A stretch of 60,171 nt of DNA, filler included, from Dugesia japonica (taxonomy: Eukaryota), in NCBI GenBank assembly GCA_001938525.1. It is 5 parts of 5 records of this genome, joined end to end, with 100 filler letters (N's around TTAATTAATTAA, not from the genome) between each part and the next. Parts side by side here need not be neighbours in the genome. Positions count along the whole stretch, not along the records: positions 19,467 to 31,174 come from MQRL01535806.1; positions 31,275 to 40,123 come from MQRL01619321.1; 3 more parts are not named here. One strand, given 5' to 3'. The notes under the pieces were generated by a model. It was given only the letters and a program-made list of their open reading frames with translations, was not told the origin of the DNA and did no database searches. This document shows, one piece after another, positions 23,970 to 35,458 of this stretch. The translations under genes were made by a program, and so were the position numbers. The first letter of the stretch is position 1; each line of letters begins with the position of its first letter.

Positions 23970-24549
23970 CTACTATTTTTATTTTTTTCTTAAATGTAAT
24001 AGGTATGCAACTCAGTTGCAACTCAGATGCAAAACACATACACTAAAAATTACTTGCCTATGAATTTTAAACTGTCTCATACCTTGCAAAATATAAAGTC
24101 TGTCTCATCACATGCTAAATATAGAGGCTCCAATGTTAAATATAGTGGCTCTCCATTAAAAATGTCAAGACTGCTCATACCATGCAAAATACCAAGACTC
24201 TCCGATATCTTGTATTAATTTCTTGTAATAATATCTTAAAAAATATCAAGACTGCCCAATATCCTGAATTAATATCTTTAAAAATATCAAGATTTCCCAA
24301 CTTATGCAAAATATAGAAACTCTGCATGCAAAATATTAAGACTGCCCCATCTCTTACATAAAAAAGTAATTTAATTAAATTAAATTTAATTTAATTATAA
24401 TAAAAAGATTTCCCCCCTTTGCAATGAAAATTTTCCAACCAAAATAATTTTTTTTGAATTTCCCGCCAAAAGTATTTTTTTTGAATTTCCCGCCAAAAAG
24501 ATTTTTTGAATTTACCACAAAAAACATTTTTTTAAATTTCTCGTCAAAT
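23937..24549. promoter_or_regulatory. YY1-like and tandem E2F-like motifs plus ATCAAGACTGCCC-type short repeats
   Basis: GCCGCCATTTTG at 23937-23948; GAATTTCCCGCCAAAA at 24456 and 24483; degenerate copies at 24508 and 24534. Confidence 0.45.
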
Positions 24550-25530
24550 AGTTTTCAAAATTATCAAGACTTTCCTCTTCTCCGTTCGAAAATCTTATAA
24601 AACAACACTTCCCGATCAAAATACCAAAAAAAAATAACCAAAAATACATCAAATACTAAAAAATGATATTACTTTCATTAAATTCATCAAATTAAGCAAT
24701 ATACAGCATTTTTTAAGAAATTAATTATTTCAAAAATTTATGATGTCATAACCAATCGACAGAAAAATTTCAAATAAATCTTATAAAATCCGATAATTAA
24801 TTCTCTTTCTACACATACCAACCTCCACCTCACGAAAAAAATTTTAACACACTTATACTACTTACAAAATAAACCAATCAAAATCAAGACCTTAAAATAA
24901 AAAATCAAAGCACATTCGACAACCAACTTCGTCACCATCATATTACATCTCCAACAAGCCATCAACCAACAAATTCCATCAACAACATAAAAACCTACAA
25001 CACTCACAAAAACCACCCACGATAACACATACGACTGTGTAGGACGAACCATCCATCCAAGCTCATAAGTCCTTTAGACAATATATAGACCAAATTTTTG
25101 TCCAACAATAAATAAATCTTCAAAATCCCAAAAAATTATCTCTAAGATCTCCAGCTACTCCTCCTCGTTTTTTCCCGTCTTTTACACACACAATTTGACC
25201 CACTTTTTAATAACCAACTTAACAACCGAAACATACACAAAATTTAAATTTTAAAAATACACACACACCTTCAGGATAAAAAAACCTGATAAGGTAAAAA
25301 AAAAATTTGATCCGATCAAAGAATTTTTGATCCCAAAAATCTTTAAAAAAAATATCACAAAAATCATGATTGAAAAACGCAGTTCAAGCGTATTGTGCTT
25401 CCGAGCTCCCCCGGGAAGGAGGGGGGCTCGCAATAATTGCACAAATTGTGCCGGTGTGCCACTATCTATCTACTTTTATTATTCTTTTTAATAGAGAAAG
25501 TTATTCTGATTCAAAAGGCGCGTTTATTAA

Positions 25531-25902
25531 ATGAGGAGAATCAAAAAAAATATGATAGGGGAATATAAAGGATATACAAATTATGTAAAATTAAATAATG
25601 AAGAATTATATCACGATCAAAAAGTTAATTTAACTTTCTTGAATAATCCTCCTAAATCTTATTCTAATTTATTATATATCGAAAAGAAAGGAAATCAAAT
25701 TATTATTAATCAAAATAATCGTCAAAATGAACAATACATTACCATAAAAAAAGGTTTTGAATTTGGTAAACTAGTTATAAGAGATAAAAATACGAGCGGA
25801 TATATTTATGAGTGTTTATCTTATGAAGCTAGCGACAAAACGAATAACAATGACATATATTTAGACAATTTTTTGCCCTTTATACTACACAAACAAGAGT
25901 AG
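25531..25902 (+). CDS. Intronless 123-aa ORF, virus/Maverick-like accessory protein
   Basis: AAATG start, open frame, tightly packed with same-strand neighbours. Confidence 0.45.
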   Translation: MRRIKKNMIGEYKGYTNYVKLNNEELYHDQKVNLTFLNNPPKSYSNLLYIEKKGNQIIINQNNRQNEQYITIKKGFEFGKLVIRDKNTSGYIYECLSYEASDKTNNNDIYLDNFLPFILHKQE

Positions 25903-25994
25903 CTCGTGATGTTAATAAAAATAATAATGAGCCAAATGAAACAATTATAAAATCTAAGTTGTATTAAAAGCATAAAATCTTAATTTTATTAGAA

Positions 25995-26617
25995 ATGGAG
26001 AAAGAATATGATCGTATTTATCCTGATATAAATGAGGAAGATAAAAATTTAGATCAACCAGTAAGAACGCCATATTTAGCTGATTATAAGTCAAAACCTA
26101 AAACATTAAGAATTAAAGATTTTGAAAATGATTTAACATTCTTAACACATAAAATAAATCATTATTATAAATCATATAGAAGATGGAAAATCTTTGATAC
26201 AGGTGTAAGATATACTGATATTTTAATAGGATGTTTATTTGGTGCCGCAGGTATAATAATAACCGTTTTATCTACAAATGGTATAGTTATTTAACTTTAC
26301 CTGTTATTATACTTGGTACATTTCCTTTAACAAATTCAATTATTCATGGTCTATTAAACATAGCTTTAATTAAACGAAGAAAGAAAAAGTATAATGATTT
26401 AATTAAAGAATTAGAAACTAGTAAAAATAAATTATTTCTATATCATCAGAGATGCTTACATTATAATATATTAATAGATGAAGAAATAAGTACTAGTAAA
26501 ACAATTGTTAGTGAAATCAAAAGTAAAATATTAAAGATTAAAAAAGACAGTATAAATGAAGATAATAAAGAAACAGAAAAAGATAATACTTTTTTATTAA
26601 CAAAGCTAAAAAAATAG
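25995..26617 (+). pseudogene. Frameshifted two-TM-helix protein of the kind recurrent in Maverick/Polinton-like elements
   Basis: IYP..LRIKDFE..YYKSYRRW, TM1 (ILIGCLFGAAGIIITVLSTNG), frameshift ~26290, TM2 (LPVIILGTFPLTNSII), RRKKKY..SKNKL..IDEEI helical C-terminus. Family assignment is from memory. Confidence 0.5.
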
Positions 26618-27070
26618 AATCTTAAATAAAACAATCTGCACCAAAAGTACGAAAGAAAATGAATAAAAAATAGATTATAATTGTTTAAATTGCATTAAAT
26701 TAAAAATTAAATATAAAAATTAAAAAATGAGTTATAAGAGCAATATTAATATCTTTTTAAAAGAATTGGTATTAACCAAGTATTAGAAAATAAAATTATA
26801 GAAGAATATAATAAAATTCCACAACATAATAAAAGACTGCAATCTAATTTCATAGCCACTTTATATTTAAATTTCTTTCATTCTAGTGAGGTTTAGGAAC
26901 TGTGTTACTTCTTTAGTCAAAGGACAAGAAAATAAAAACTTGATCGAAATATTAAAACATTATAATGTATATAATAATAATTTATTTACTTGGAATGATC
27001 CTCGTGCAAATTTATATAATCGATGGGTGTAAGATGTGTAATTATTCAATTAATATTATTTTAATAAAAA

Positions 27071-27588
27071 ATGGCAAATAAATTTATCGAGTGTATTTCT
27101 AAAGATAAAGATTTGAAATTAAAATTACAAGAAGATGTAAATATGTATAATTCATTAGCTATTGGTGGACAAGGTGAAGCAGGAAGAACATTTAAAATAA
27201 GAGCTAAACAATTTTAACAGTGTGCTGATATAATGGGTGGAACAATATATAATCTCGCTTCTGAAAAGCATGAATTAGCTAATCAAAATAAACAATTAAT
27301 GAAAATAATCATTTAACTAATCAATTAAAAGAGCACAATAATTATGATGTAAAAGATATTCAAAGAATTACATAAGAATATGCATCGTCAAAAATGAATG
27401 AAAATCAAAATGAAGTCATATTAACTGAATTGAGCAGATATAAGAACATTTTACGAAACCACTTTAAGCAGTGAATATTTTATTATCAAGATTTGTTAAA
27501 TGTCATTAGTACAAAAGGAGAAGTTTCAGCAGAGTTAAAAGAAAATTTTTATATCATTAAACACTTTACTGGAGGAAAACAAATTTGA
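27071..27588 (+). pseudogene. Decayed intronless ORF (~170 codons)
   Basis: MANKFIECISKDKDLKLKLQEDVNMYNSLAIGGQGEAGRTFKIRAKQF*QCADIMGG.. to ..HFTGGKQI*, with 3 stops and a frameshift. Confidence 0.45.
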
Positions 27589-27640
27589 AATAGAGTAATT
27601 TTATATATTTGTTTAGCTTTTAATAACCTGATAATCTGAG

Positions 27641-27765
27641 TGACATCCCTGAAAAGAAATCCAGTGGAAATCCAAGAGAAGTGAAATTGGTTGTAATTTT
27701 GTTAAAAATTTATCGAAACAATAAAGAATGCAATCAATAATTAAGTCCAACAATTAATTTATTTT
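27641..27765 (+). mobile_element. Degenerate copy of the HHR-bearing repeat
   Basis: Decayed core CTGAAAA..GAAA at 27649 and 3' part CAATAATTAAGTCCAACAATTA. Confidence 0.4.
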
Positions 27766-28452
27766 GTCGAATCTCGCAGGTTCGAGCTGTCCCACGCAAT
27801 CAATAAACTTGAGCAGTTCTGCTCACACTAATACTTTTCTTTTTCCATCTTGGAAATTCCCTCTACACGTTCTCATTTTATTACAACTTCTCCATCCACA
27901 ACTTCTTCATTTTTCCGTGTTCTCGATTCTGCTCTTCTTCCTCCTTTCCTGTTGTGATCCTTCTCTATCTGATCTTTCTCTTCTTCCTCATTCAAATATC
28001 TTCATTTCGACAGCAGATAATCTAGTTTGTTTCTCATGTGCTTCGTTTCAATTTTCTTCTCTCTCTCCAGTCGTTCTTCATCGATATAATATTGATTGTC
28101 TCGCCAAAAATTTCGAGATTCCAGCTTTCATTTTCTTGGAAATAAGAAAAAGGTTTCTAAAATATTTAAAATATTAAAATAAAATTCTTTCAAAATTTGA
28201 AAAAGTTTTTATTTTTTATTAATTTTTAATAAATGTTTTAATTAAAAAAATAATAGAATTAATTATAAAGGATTATTTTGGATAAGAATTGTATAATTAA
28301 AAAATGTTTCAAATAAATAAATAAAATAATTTTAATTTTAATAATAACCAATAGAATCTCTGGTTTATGTACACAAAACATCAATATATCCAATAGGAAT
28401 AGTGCAGATATAATAACAAATTATTTAAACAGTTTATTTAATGAAATCTTTA

Positions 28453-30393
28453 TCATTCTCCTCCTTCTCCTCCAGATAGTAATCTTCTCCTCATTTCCAG
28501 ACACGAATGGAATTGTAGAGGTAAATTTATTTGACCTACAGAACGAGAATGGTCAAACATGTTTTCTAAATATTGCATTGAATGGTTATAATTGGAAATT
28601 AATGACTCCAAAGATTCCTCATCTGTACTATTTGAGTGATCAATTTCATAACGAATACTGAAAATCAAGCAATTAATATTGTATATCATGTCAAATAATC
28701 CTCCAAATAAATAATTTAAATTATATATATAATTTAAATAATGACATTTTATCTTAGATATTTGATCATCATAATCATCATCATCATCAGAATTGTCATT
28801 ATCATCATCAACAAAATTGTCATCATCATCATCATCACCACCAGAATTGTCATCATCACCATCATCAAAATTGTCATCATCATCATTTAAATAATGACAT
28901 TTAATCTTAGATATTTGATCATCATAATCATCATCAGAATTGTCATTATCATCATCAACAAAATTGTCATCATCATCATCATCATCAGAATTGCCATCAT
29001 CAAATATCATAATTTTGTGATATAGTATATATTTTGAATAAAATTCAAAAAAAGCCTTTATATTAACAAATTCATGAAAATGTTTTCCTAATGATTCAAT
29101 TAGATCAAGTTTTACAAATATTGATTGGATATTTTGATGTTTTTTCGTTATTTCATTATTGATGAAGCATGTTTTATCTGACTGCCAAATAACTGTCAGA
29201 TTTATTTGTTCCATCATTTCCATCAAATCTGTAAAATTAGTTATTTCCAATAATTCTTCAATCAATAAACTTGATATTTGCAAACAATTTTCCACAAGGC
29301 AATGTAAAATATTGTTATAATTAGATTTGAAATAATCAATAGTTGTTGGTGTTTCACATTGTATCTTGTTGTTTGTGAATTGATCAGTTTGAATAATAAT
29401 TTGTAAAGTAGTTAATAATAATTCTCCGTTATGAAATGGACAACTTCCATAAATTATGCTAAACATCTGGATGCAATCGATACAAATTTTATGATTACAA
29501 TTGGGGAATTTTGCATAGCAAATATTATTATCTTCACAAGTAACAAAATAATTATCTCCACATATTAAACACATTTCTTCTGTTACCAAATGAAAATTAG
29601 GTTCGATTTGTTCGTATAATTTATTATTATATCGTATAAGAGAAATAATTTCGGTTTTAATTTGTTTCTTCATTTCACACATAGCATGGATATGGTTCAT
29701 TACTGTAGCAAGATGTCTTTGTTTGATATTTGCAATTTCTGGTTTACTTGACAATTCATCTCGTAATTGGTCGCAAGATCTAAGCAAATGCTTTATTAAT
29801 TTTGAGAAATCTTCAAATACGGATTTGGTAAAACAATAAATGTAATTTAATTCGTTGGTTTGAATTTCTTTGTCTTTCAAATAGATTTCTTCAAATATAA
29901 TTTGCTTTTTAGATTTCTCAGTGTAAAAATAACATTCATCATAAATTACTGTTAATTGTGCAATAATTGCTATAAAATCGAACGATAAGCTACGATCATT
30001 TGATGATGACAAATTTAACATTTCTAATAAATTACTTAGAATTATATTGATTTCCTCCACATCTTTAATAAATTTAGAAAAATATTGTGATAAATTCTTT
30101 TCGATCTCTTTCTTGATAAATTCTGAATTATTTATTATTTCTTTTCTAATTACACTGTTCTGATAATGATGTATACTTTTTTTTATTTCTGGTTGATTTT
30201 TTCTGAGAGTTGTAACAGTTCTACATTCAATATTATCAAATGGACATTTAACTGTTTCATTAAAAACGATTTCATTAGTACATTCCTCGCAAATAGAATA
30301 TCTACAATTTCCTAATTTAAATGAGGTTTCATTGCTAAATTCAGCATAGCAAATCAAACAAACTTCTTCAGTAAAATTACTTTCTAAATTCAT
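28453..30393 (-). CDS. Intronless protein with two RING-type zinc fingers, helical/coiled-coil regions and an Asp-rich repeat (putative E3 ligase, 646 aa)
   Basis: CLIC..CRYSICEEC..CPFD and CLIC..CNHKICIDC..CPFH. First ATG at 30393 (the ORF track starts at an upstream TTG, 30432). Confidence 0.8.
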   Translation of the reverse strand: MNLESNFTEEVCLICYAEFSNETSFKLGNCRYSICEECTNEIVFNETVKCPFDNIECRTVTTLRKNQPEIKKSIHHYQNSVIRKEIINNSEFIKKEIEKNLSQYFSKFIKDVEEINIILSNLLEMLNLSSSNDRSLSFDFIAIIAQLTVIYDECYFYTEKSKKQIIFEEIYLKDKEIQTNELNYIYCFTKSVFEDFSKLIKHLLRSCDQLRDELSSKPEIANIKQRHLATVMNHIHAMCEMKKQIKTEIISLIRYNNKLYEQIEPNFHLVTEEMCLICGDNYFVTCEDNNICYAKFPNCNHKICIDCIQMFSIIYGSCPFHNGELLLTTLQIIIQTDQFTNNKIQCETPTTIDYFKSNYNNILHCLVENCLQISSLLIEELLEITNFTDLMEMMEQINLTVIWQSDKTCFINNEITKKHQNIQSIFVKLDLIESLGKHFHEFVNIKAFFEFYSKYILYHKIMIFDDGNSDDDDDDDNFVDDDNDNSDDDYDDQISKIKCHYLNDDDDNFDDGDDDNSGGDDDDDDNFVDDDNDNSDDDDDYDDQISKIKCHYLNYIYNLNYLFGGLFDMIYNINCLIFSIRYEIDHSNSTDEESLESLISNYNHSMQYLENMFDHSRSVGQINLPLQFHSCLEMRRRLLSGGEGGE

Positions 30394-30754
30394 TATTGAT
30401 AAATATTGAATAATAATTGATTTATCAAACAAATTTTATTTGATTTCATTATTTCAAATTTTTCCAAAATGCATTTAATGAATAATAATTATTGAAATAA
30501 TTATTTAAACTATAAAATATTAAAATACAAAATTGTTTTATCAAATTAAAACTTTTAACTTGAAAATTGATTAAAATAATAATTATATGAATATTCCAGT
30601 GTTGTATGTTTGTTTTTTTTCCATGTTTGTTTGTATTTTTGTGCGGGATGCTCAATTTTAATCAAAAAATTTAAAATATTGTGATTTTTTATTGTAGCTT
30701 TTAAATTTTAAATTATTATATTAAAAACCTAGTGTTGTGTGTTTGTTTGTTTTA

Positions 30755-30982
30755 CAGGGTTTTTCATTATATTTCATTCTGGTTTTCAAAATATTTAACT
30801 ATTCTTTAAATTGTACAAAATGCAAATGTATTTGAACAAATGTAAATAATTGAACAATTTTTCAACAAGCATAGTGAAATATTTTGAACAGATTATTAAA
30901 TATATTGAAAAGATTATTAAACTTTTTTGAAAAGATTATTAAATATTTTGAAAACCAGAGTGAAATATAATGAAAAACCATG
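30755..30982. mobile_element. Tc1/mariner-type MITE
   Basis: ~44-bp TIRs CAGGGTTTTTCATTATATTTCATTCTGGTTTTCAAAATATTTAA; TA TSD. Confidence 0.85.
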
Positions 30983-31321
30983 TATTTGAAAATTTATGAA
31001 AGTTTAAAAAATTCGTAAGATTTAATGAAAAACTCTCAGAAAATGGAGAAACTTCAATGATGATAATTTTAAATATTTTAATGAAAATTTTAAATCTTTC
31101 AATGAATTTAATAATTACAATTATTGTGAGAATAATTGTTGGACTTAACCATTGATCGGATTTGAGATTTCATTNNNNNNNNNNNNNNNNNNNNNNNNNN
31201 NNNNNNNNNNNNNNNNNNTTAATTAATTAANNNNNNNNNNNNNNNNNNNNNNNNNNNNNNNNNNNNNNNNNNNNTCAATATTTATACGCTAAAAAAATTT
31301 ATTTGCGTTTATTGTATTATA

Positions 31322-31772
31322 TTAGGTCGTTTCATAAGTGTTGTCGATTTTTATTGACGTATTCAAATATGAGAATATATAAGCAAATATTAATTTAAAT
31401 GAAATCAATTTAATTATTTTTTTGAATTTTTCATATTGTTTATTTAATTATGCTAAAATTTAAGGACGATCAAACAAGTGATGCCAAGATAATGAATGAT
31501 CAACCAACGAGGGACCATATTCGGAATTGCATGCTTTATGAATTCCGTAAAGAAAAAAAAGACTGCGGAAGCAACAATGCGGTGTAACCTGAAGCACTGA
31601 ACGTCAGAACATATCAGCGTTGGTTTTCCAGATTCAGATAGGAGAATTTAGATTTGGCTGACTGTCCATGCTCCGGACGTCTTCTTGATGTCAATGAAGA
31701 CTTCCTACAGTAATTAATTAATAAATTAATACACAGAAAACATTGATTGAGATGGAGACTATAATGGGCTTA
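31322..31772 (+). mobile_element. mariner 5' fragment
   Basis: TA|TTAGGTCG TIR; HIRNCMLYEFRK, VRTYQRWFSRFR, DCPCSGR HTH motifs; cut by the hAT insertion. Confidence 0.8.
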
Positions 31773-31780
31773 TTAGTTAC

Positions 31781-32977
31781 CAGAGCTTAGGAGAGGAGCG
31801 CGGAGCATCGGAGCACAAGGTTTTGTCCGGGGCTGGAGCGGAGATTGAAGTACAATAATTTTGATTTCTCCACTTCTCCAGTTTATTAAAAAAATACATT
31901 ACGTAATAGATTTACTAAATATACTAAAGTAGAGATACTAAACTAGTACATAGATACATTGCGTACATATCTAAAAATCTATTCCGATTTTTGCTTTGAT
32001 GTTATTTTGTTTCATTCAATTATGAGTTTATGGATTTTGAGGTTATGGTATATTTTTGTGAGGAAAGCCGAAAATAAAAGTTTTCACAACTTACTTATTC
32101 ATTCAACTTGATTTATTAAATTATTTAAATAAATTTATGCAAGAAAGTACGAGTCTAATTTGCATTCGAAACGGTATTCTCAATGTGAAAACGCAAAGAG
32201 AATCTTTTTAAAAACACGCATTTTTGCTGAGATTTATGTCGATCCACGCTATAGAATTTTACTAAATTCATTGCAAAAATTGAAAGCTAAAGAAGGACTC
32301 TTAAGTATCGCCCAAAGGCTTGAGAAACAAAATATTCTACGACGTTTCAATAAATTGCAACCGAGTAAAGAAATACAATTAGTAACAGTAAAATCAGATA
32401 TACAAGGAAATGATTATGCCACTACCATAGGCATAAATTCTTCAGAAGATAATGATTTTGAGAGAGGTTGATAAGCAGGAAAAACGATGAAAAATCTCAG
32501 AAATACATAATTCCAACGAAGAAGAGTTTGAACCATTTTTTATGAAGATTATGAAATTATAGAGGGCATGGGTAGGCTCAAAGTTAAATCAGTCTTCGAG
32601 GCAATTTATAATTATCCGGAACAAATTCAAGATGCATGTTTAGTTGCATCCAGTATGCCCACTACTCAAACAAGTATCGAGAGACTATTTTCAGCTCTAA
32701 AGTTAATATTGAAAGAAAATTGATAATGAAAGAAGGCTTAATCACAGCAGTTTTATTTCATAGAATAAATAACGAAAATTGATATCGTTTGTATTTAATT
32801 AGTATAACTTGAAAGAAAGTTTTTATTTAATTAATTTACATTTAAAAAATTCTTTTTCTTCCAACTTTTGTGGATATATAATTTTTTATAAATTGTCCTC
32901 GGAGCATGGAGTGGAGCGCAGCCGGGCGGTAATGACGGAGTGGAGAACTATAAAAAATTGACTGCTCCAAACCCCTG
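31781..32977 (+). mobile_element. Internally deleted hAT element with C-terminal transposase remnant
   Basis: CAGAGCTTAGGAG / CTCCAAACCCCTG TIRs; GGAGC repeats; TSD TTAGTTAC/TTAGTTAA; YVDPRYR and hATC motif MPTTQTSIERLFSALK. Confidence 0.85.
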
Positions 32978-33779
32978 TTAGTTAAAATTAGTAACAATTG
33001 TAAAAATTATTTAGGATAAAAGTATTGAATTAATTAAATATTTAAACCTACGTAACAAAAATATGAACTCATTTTAAAATCTGTTCACAAAATAAAACAA
33101 TTCTTCTTTTCAATAAATAATAATCAATGCAAAATAAGTAATATTAATAAAATTTTAAAAAATCGTGTTGCACACTTTGTAAGCTTCTACACTACAATAC
33201 AAGTTGACCGAAATTTTCAAATCATAAACCAATTTTAATAATACAGTCGCCGCGTAACATTTATTGCCGCATATTACGTGCATACAACAAAGGTTTTATA
33301 ATCGTGCTTACTATCTACGTATTTCCTATCAGTCGTTTATTATGTGCACATTTATTATGTGAATGTCACTTAATGTGTGCATCTTGACGCGTTGTGATGG
33401 TAAATTAGTCATATATTTTAATGTACTTTATATGTGCATGAGAATTATAAAGCACATACATGTAGTGGAAATTGGTAGGGGTCTTTATTTAGAATTCATC
33501 AAAGAGACTGCATGGACTATCATTTTTTCATCAAATCTAAATGAAAAACGAATCTTTACGATTGGTGAAGGAAATGATCTTCTCAGTGATATAGCTGAAA
33601 AATATGAAGTTCAAAGAAATACAGTAATAAACTGCCGGAGGATGCTCTCTGATAGCAAAAGGTAAGCCAAATAACCACATTTTATTTGGTTTTCTAAAAT
33701 TTCATTTATTTTATAAGAATGCTTTTGAAAGGTGCTATCAGGAAAAGAAAGCTATAAAGATCAGGAAAAGCTTGCAATA

Positions 33780-34285
33780 CAAATTGCATATAAAGCAGCA
33801 TGTGAATGAAGACGACCCGTATAGACGAATAAAATTCTGTGAATGGCTACTGAGAAAAATGAAGGATGATACAAATATGATAAACAAGATTTTGTTCACT
33901 AATTAAGTAAATTTATACATTAATGGATAGGTTATTTGAGTAATGCTAACCTTCACTGGATCTTTCCGACGAGTATGCAAGGTGCATCTTAAGTGATAGT
34001 GTGGGCCGAAATATTGGATAACAGAACTATCGTATCATTTGTCGTTGGTAGAAATATGAATAGCAAGAAGTAACTCAACATGTTCCAAGAAGAGATTTTT
34101 TCATCCTTGGTAAACGAGGATGGTAACTTTCCAGTTTCCTTTCAGCATGATGGAGTTCCATCTCATTACATCAGTAGCTTTCAGATGCTTGGATATGTTG
34201 GGGTGGTCCTTTTGTATGGCTTCCAAGATACCCCGATATCAGCCCATTCGATATTTATCTTTGGTGCTATTTGAAGCATAAATCA
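33780..34285 (+). pseudogene. Tc1/mariner-superfamily DDD transposase remnant
   Basis: NEDDPYRRIKFCEW, ILFTN, VIVWA, FQHDGVPSH, WLPRYPDISPFDIYLWCYLK. Confidence 0.8.
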
Positions 34286-34329
34286 TCATGAAGAATAAAA
34301 ATATGCAACGAGATATATAAAGGGTATAT

Positions 34330-35031
34330 TCACAAGATAAAATTAGTATTTCTTCAACAGGAGTAACACAAAGGTTAGTTTTCACTTTCGTTAAGTAAAA
34401 TCATTTTCGTCTACATGAATGTACAGCAACATTTCTTTAAATTCATTGAATGAGTTTGGCAAAAAAAGACGAAGTGTTGATCTTTGTGATAGTGGAATTT
34501 CCCTCATTTTATTAAGCACGAATTCATGGTTTTTACGTTTTCTGCTTTAATTTCCTTTTTTCTTCGAGTTCACATTAGCTACTGAAGATCCGGAATCATA
34601 ACATGTTTTTCTCTATTCCAAATGCGATTAATGATTTTTGAGAAAACGTAAAAACTCGCACTGATGCGCCCAATGACACTGTATTCTAGTTTACTATTGT
34701 GGAAGGATTTGAGTAAAGATTGTAGAATTCCTTGCCACTGACTGCTATTTAAATGTGGTTTTTCACTTTTTGGGTCATTTTTGCCATGACGACTATAATC
34801 ATTAACCTTAAACCAATTGTCAGCGTGTGAAAAATATAAACTAGCAAATCTATCAAAATTTTACCTGTTTATTTCAAAAACAATTTTGACAAATGTCTAA
34901 ATTCAGACGGCTACTAGATTAACCTTTTTATGCTTAATTAAAATAAACAACTACTGGTACATTTGATTTTATTATTCCAATAATCCCTTAAAATAAACTA
35001 AACCTGGACACTTATTTTGGAATGGAGGGAG
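34330..35031 (-). mobile_element. Plant-type DD39D mariner relic with Stowaway-like TIR
   Basis: TIR CTCCCTCCATTCCAAAATAAGTGTCC; remnants RIWNR, VNSKKKGN*SRKRK, MREIPLSQRSTLR, FKEMLLYIHVDE(K)*FYLTK. Confidence 0.75.
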
Positions 35032-35083
35032 TGTTTTTTAATTAATCATTTTAATCGTCTCAGTTCAAATATTTAATAAAAAC

Positions 35084-35458
35084 TACGTCACGATAAACAA
35101 AGCCATTTGCAGATTGAAAACCCCATTGAATGGGCACCGTAGATCGGATATCGCAAGGATATCAGCTAGCAGGAATCGGAATCTACCAGCTGATTTTAAG
35201 TGTCCCTTTGACAATCTAATGATGAAAGTCTTCTAAGGCAGAAAATTCTAAGAGAATTTGAAAGGACTTAACCGAAACACACTTAAACAACCGAGACATC
35301 AAATACGAAGTGCTGAAAATGCGTAAGGTTATCACTAACCAAACATCAGCCAGGCTCAGCCGACACGGCTCACGTTATCAGTACTAACGAGGCCTAGAAT
35401 GGCTTAACTTCCGAGATGGAATGAGATCGGGTGTACCAAACCTAGTATAAGCGTTGAA
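35084..35458 (-). mobile_element. 5S rRNA-headed SINE-like element (~375 bp)
   Basis: 5S-derived head 35458-35337 plus ~250-bp structured body shared with 8082-8304. Confidence 0.7.
35337..35458 (-). pseudogene. 5S rRNA-derived sequence (SINE head or pseudogene)
   Basis: CACCCGATCTC..ATCTCGGAAGTTAAGC..GGCCTCGTTAGTACT match conserved 5S blocks; 3' third is diverged. Confidence 0.85.

Larger units (their letters stand above)
19467..25474. mobile_element. Right-hand part of a Polinton/Maverick-like element (no pPolB, integrase or capsid visible)
   Basis: Ends ..ACTATCTATCTACT (reverse complement AGTAGATAGATAGT, a Polinton-type AG terminus with microsatellite). Also has a subterminal GC hairpin, repeat arrays and compact small ORFs. 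Confidence 0.45.

Noticed and set aside
27764-28177. 137-aa + strand ORF
   Set aside because: Shadow of a purine-rich minus-strand tract that looks like a decayed exon with stops; no ATG start or domain.
35215-35255. ATGATGA..GAAAATTC inside the SINE body (+)
   Set aside because: Core C is mutated and GAAA is not conserved in the 8.2-kb copy.
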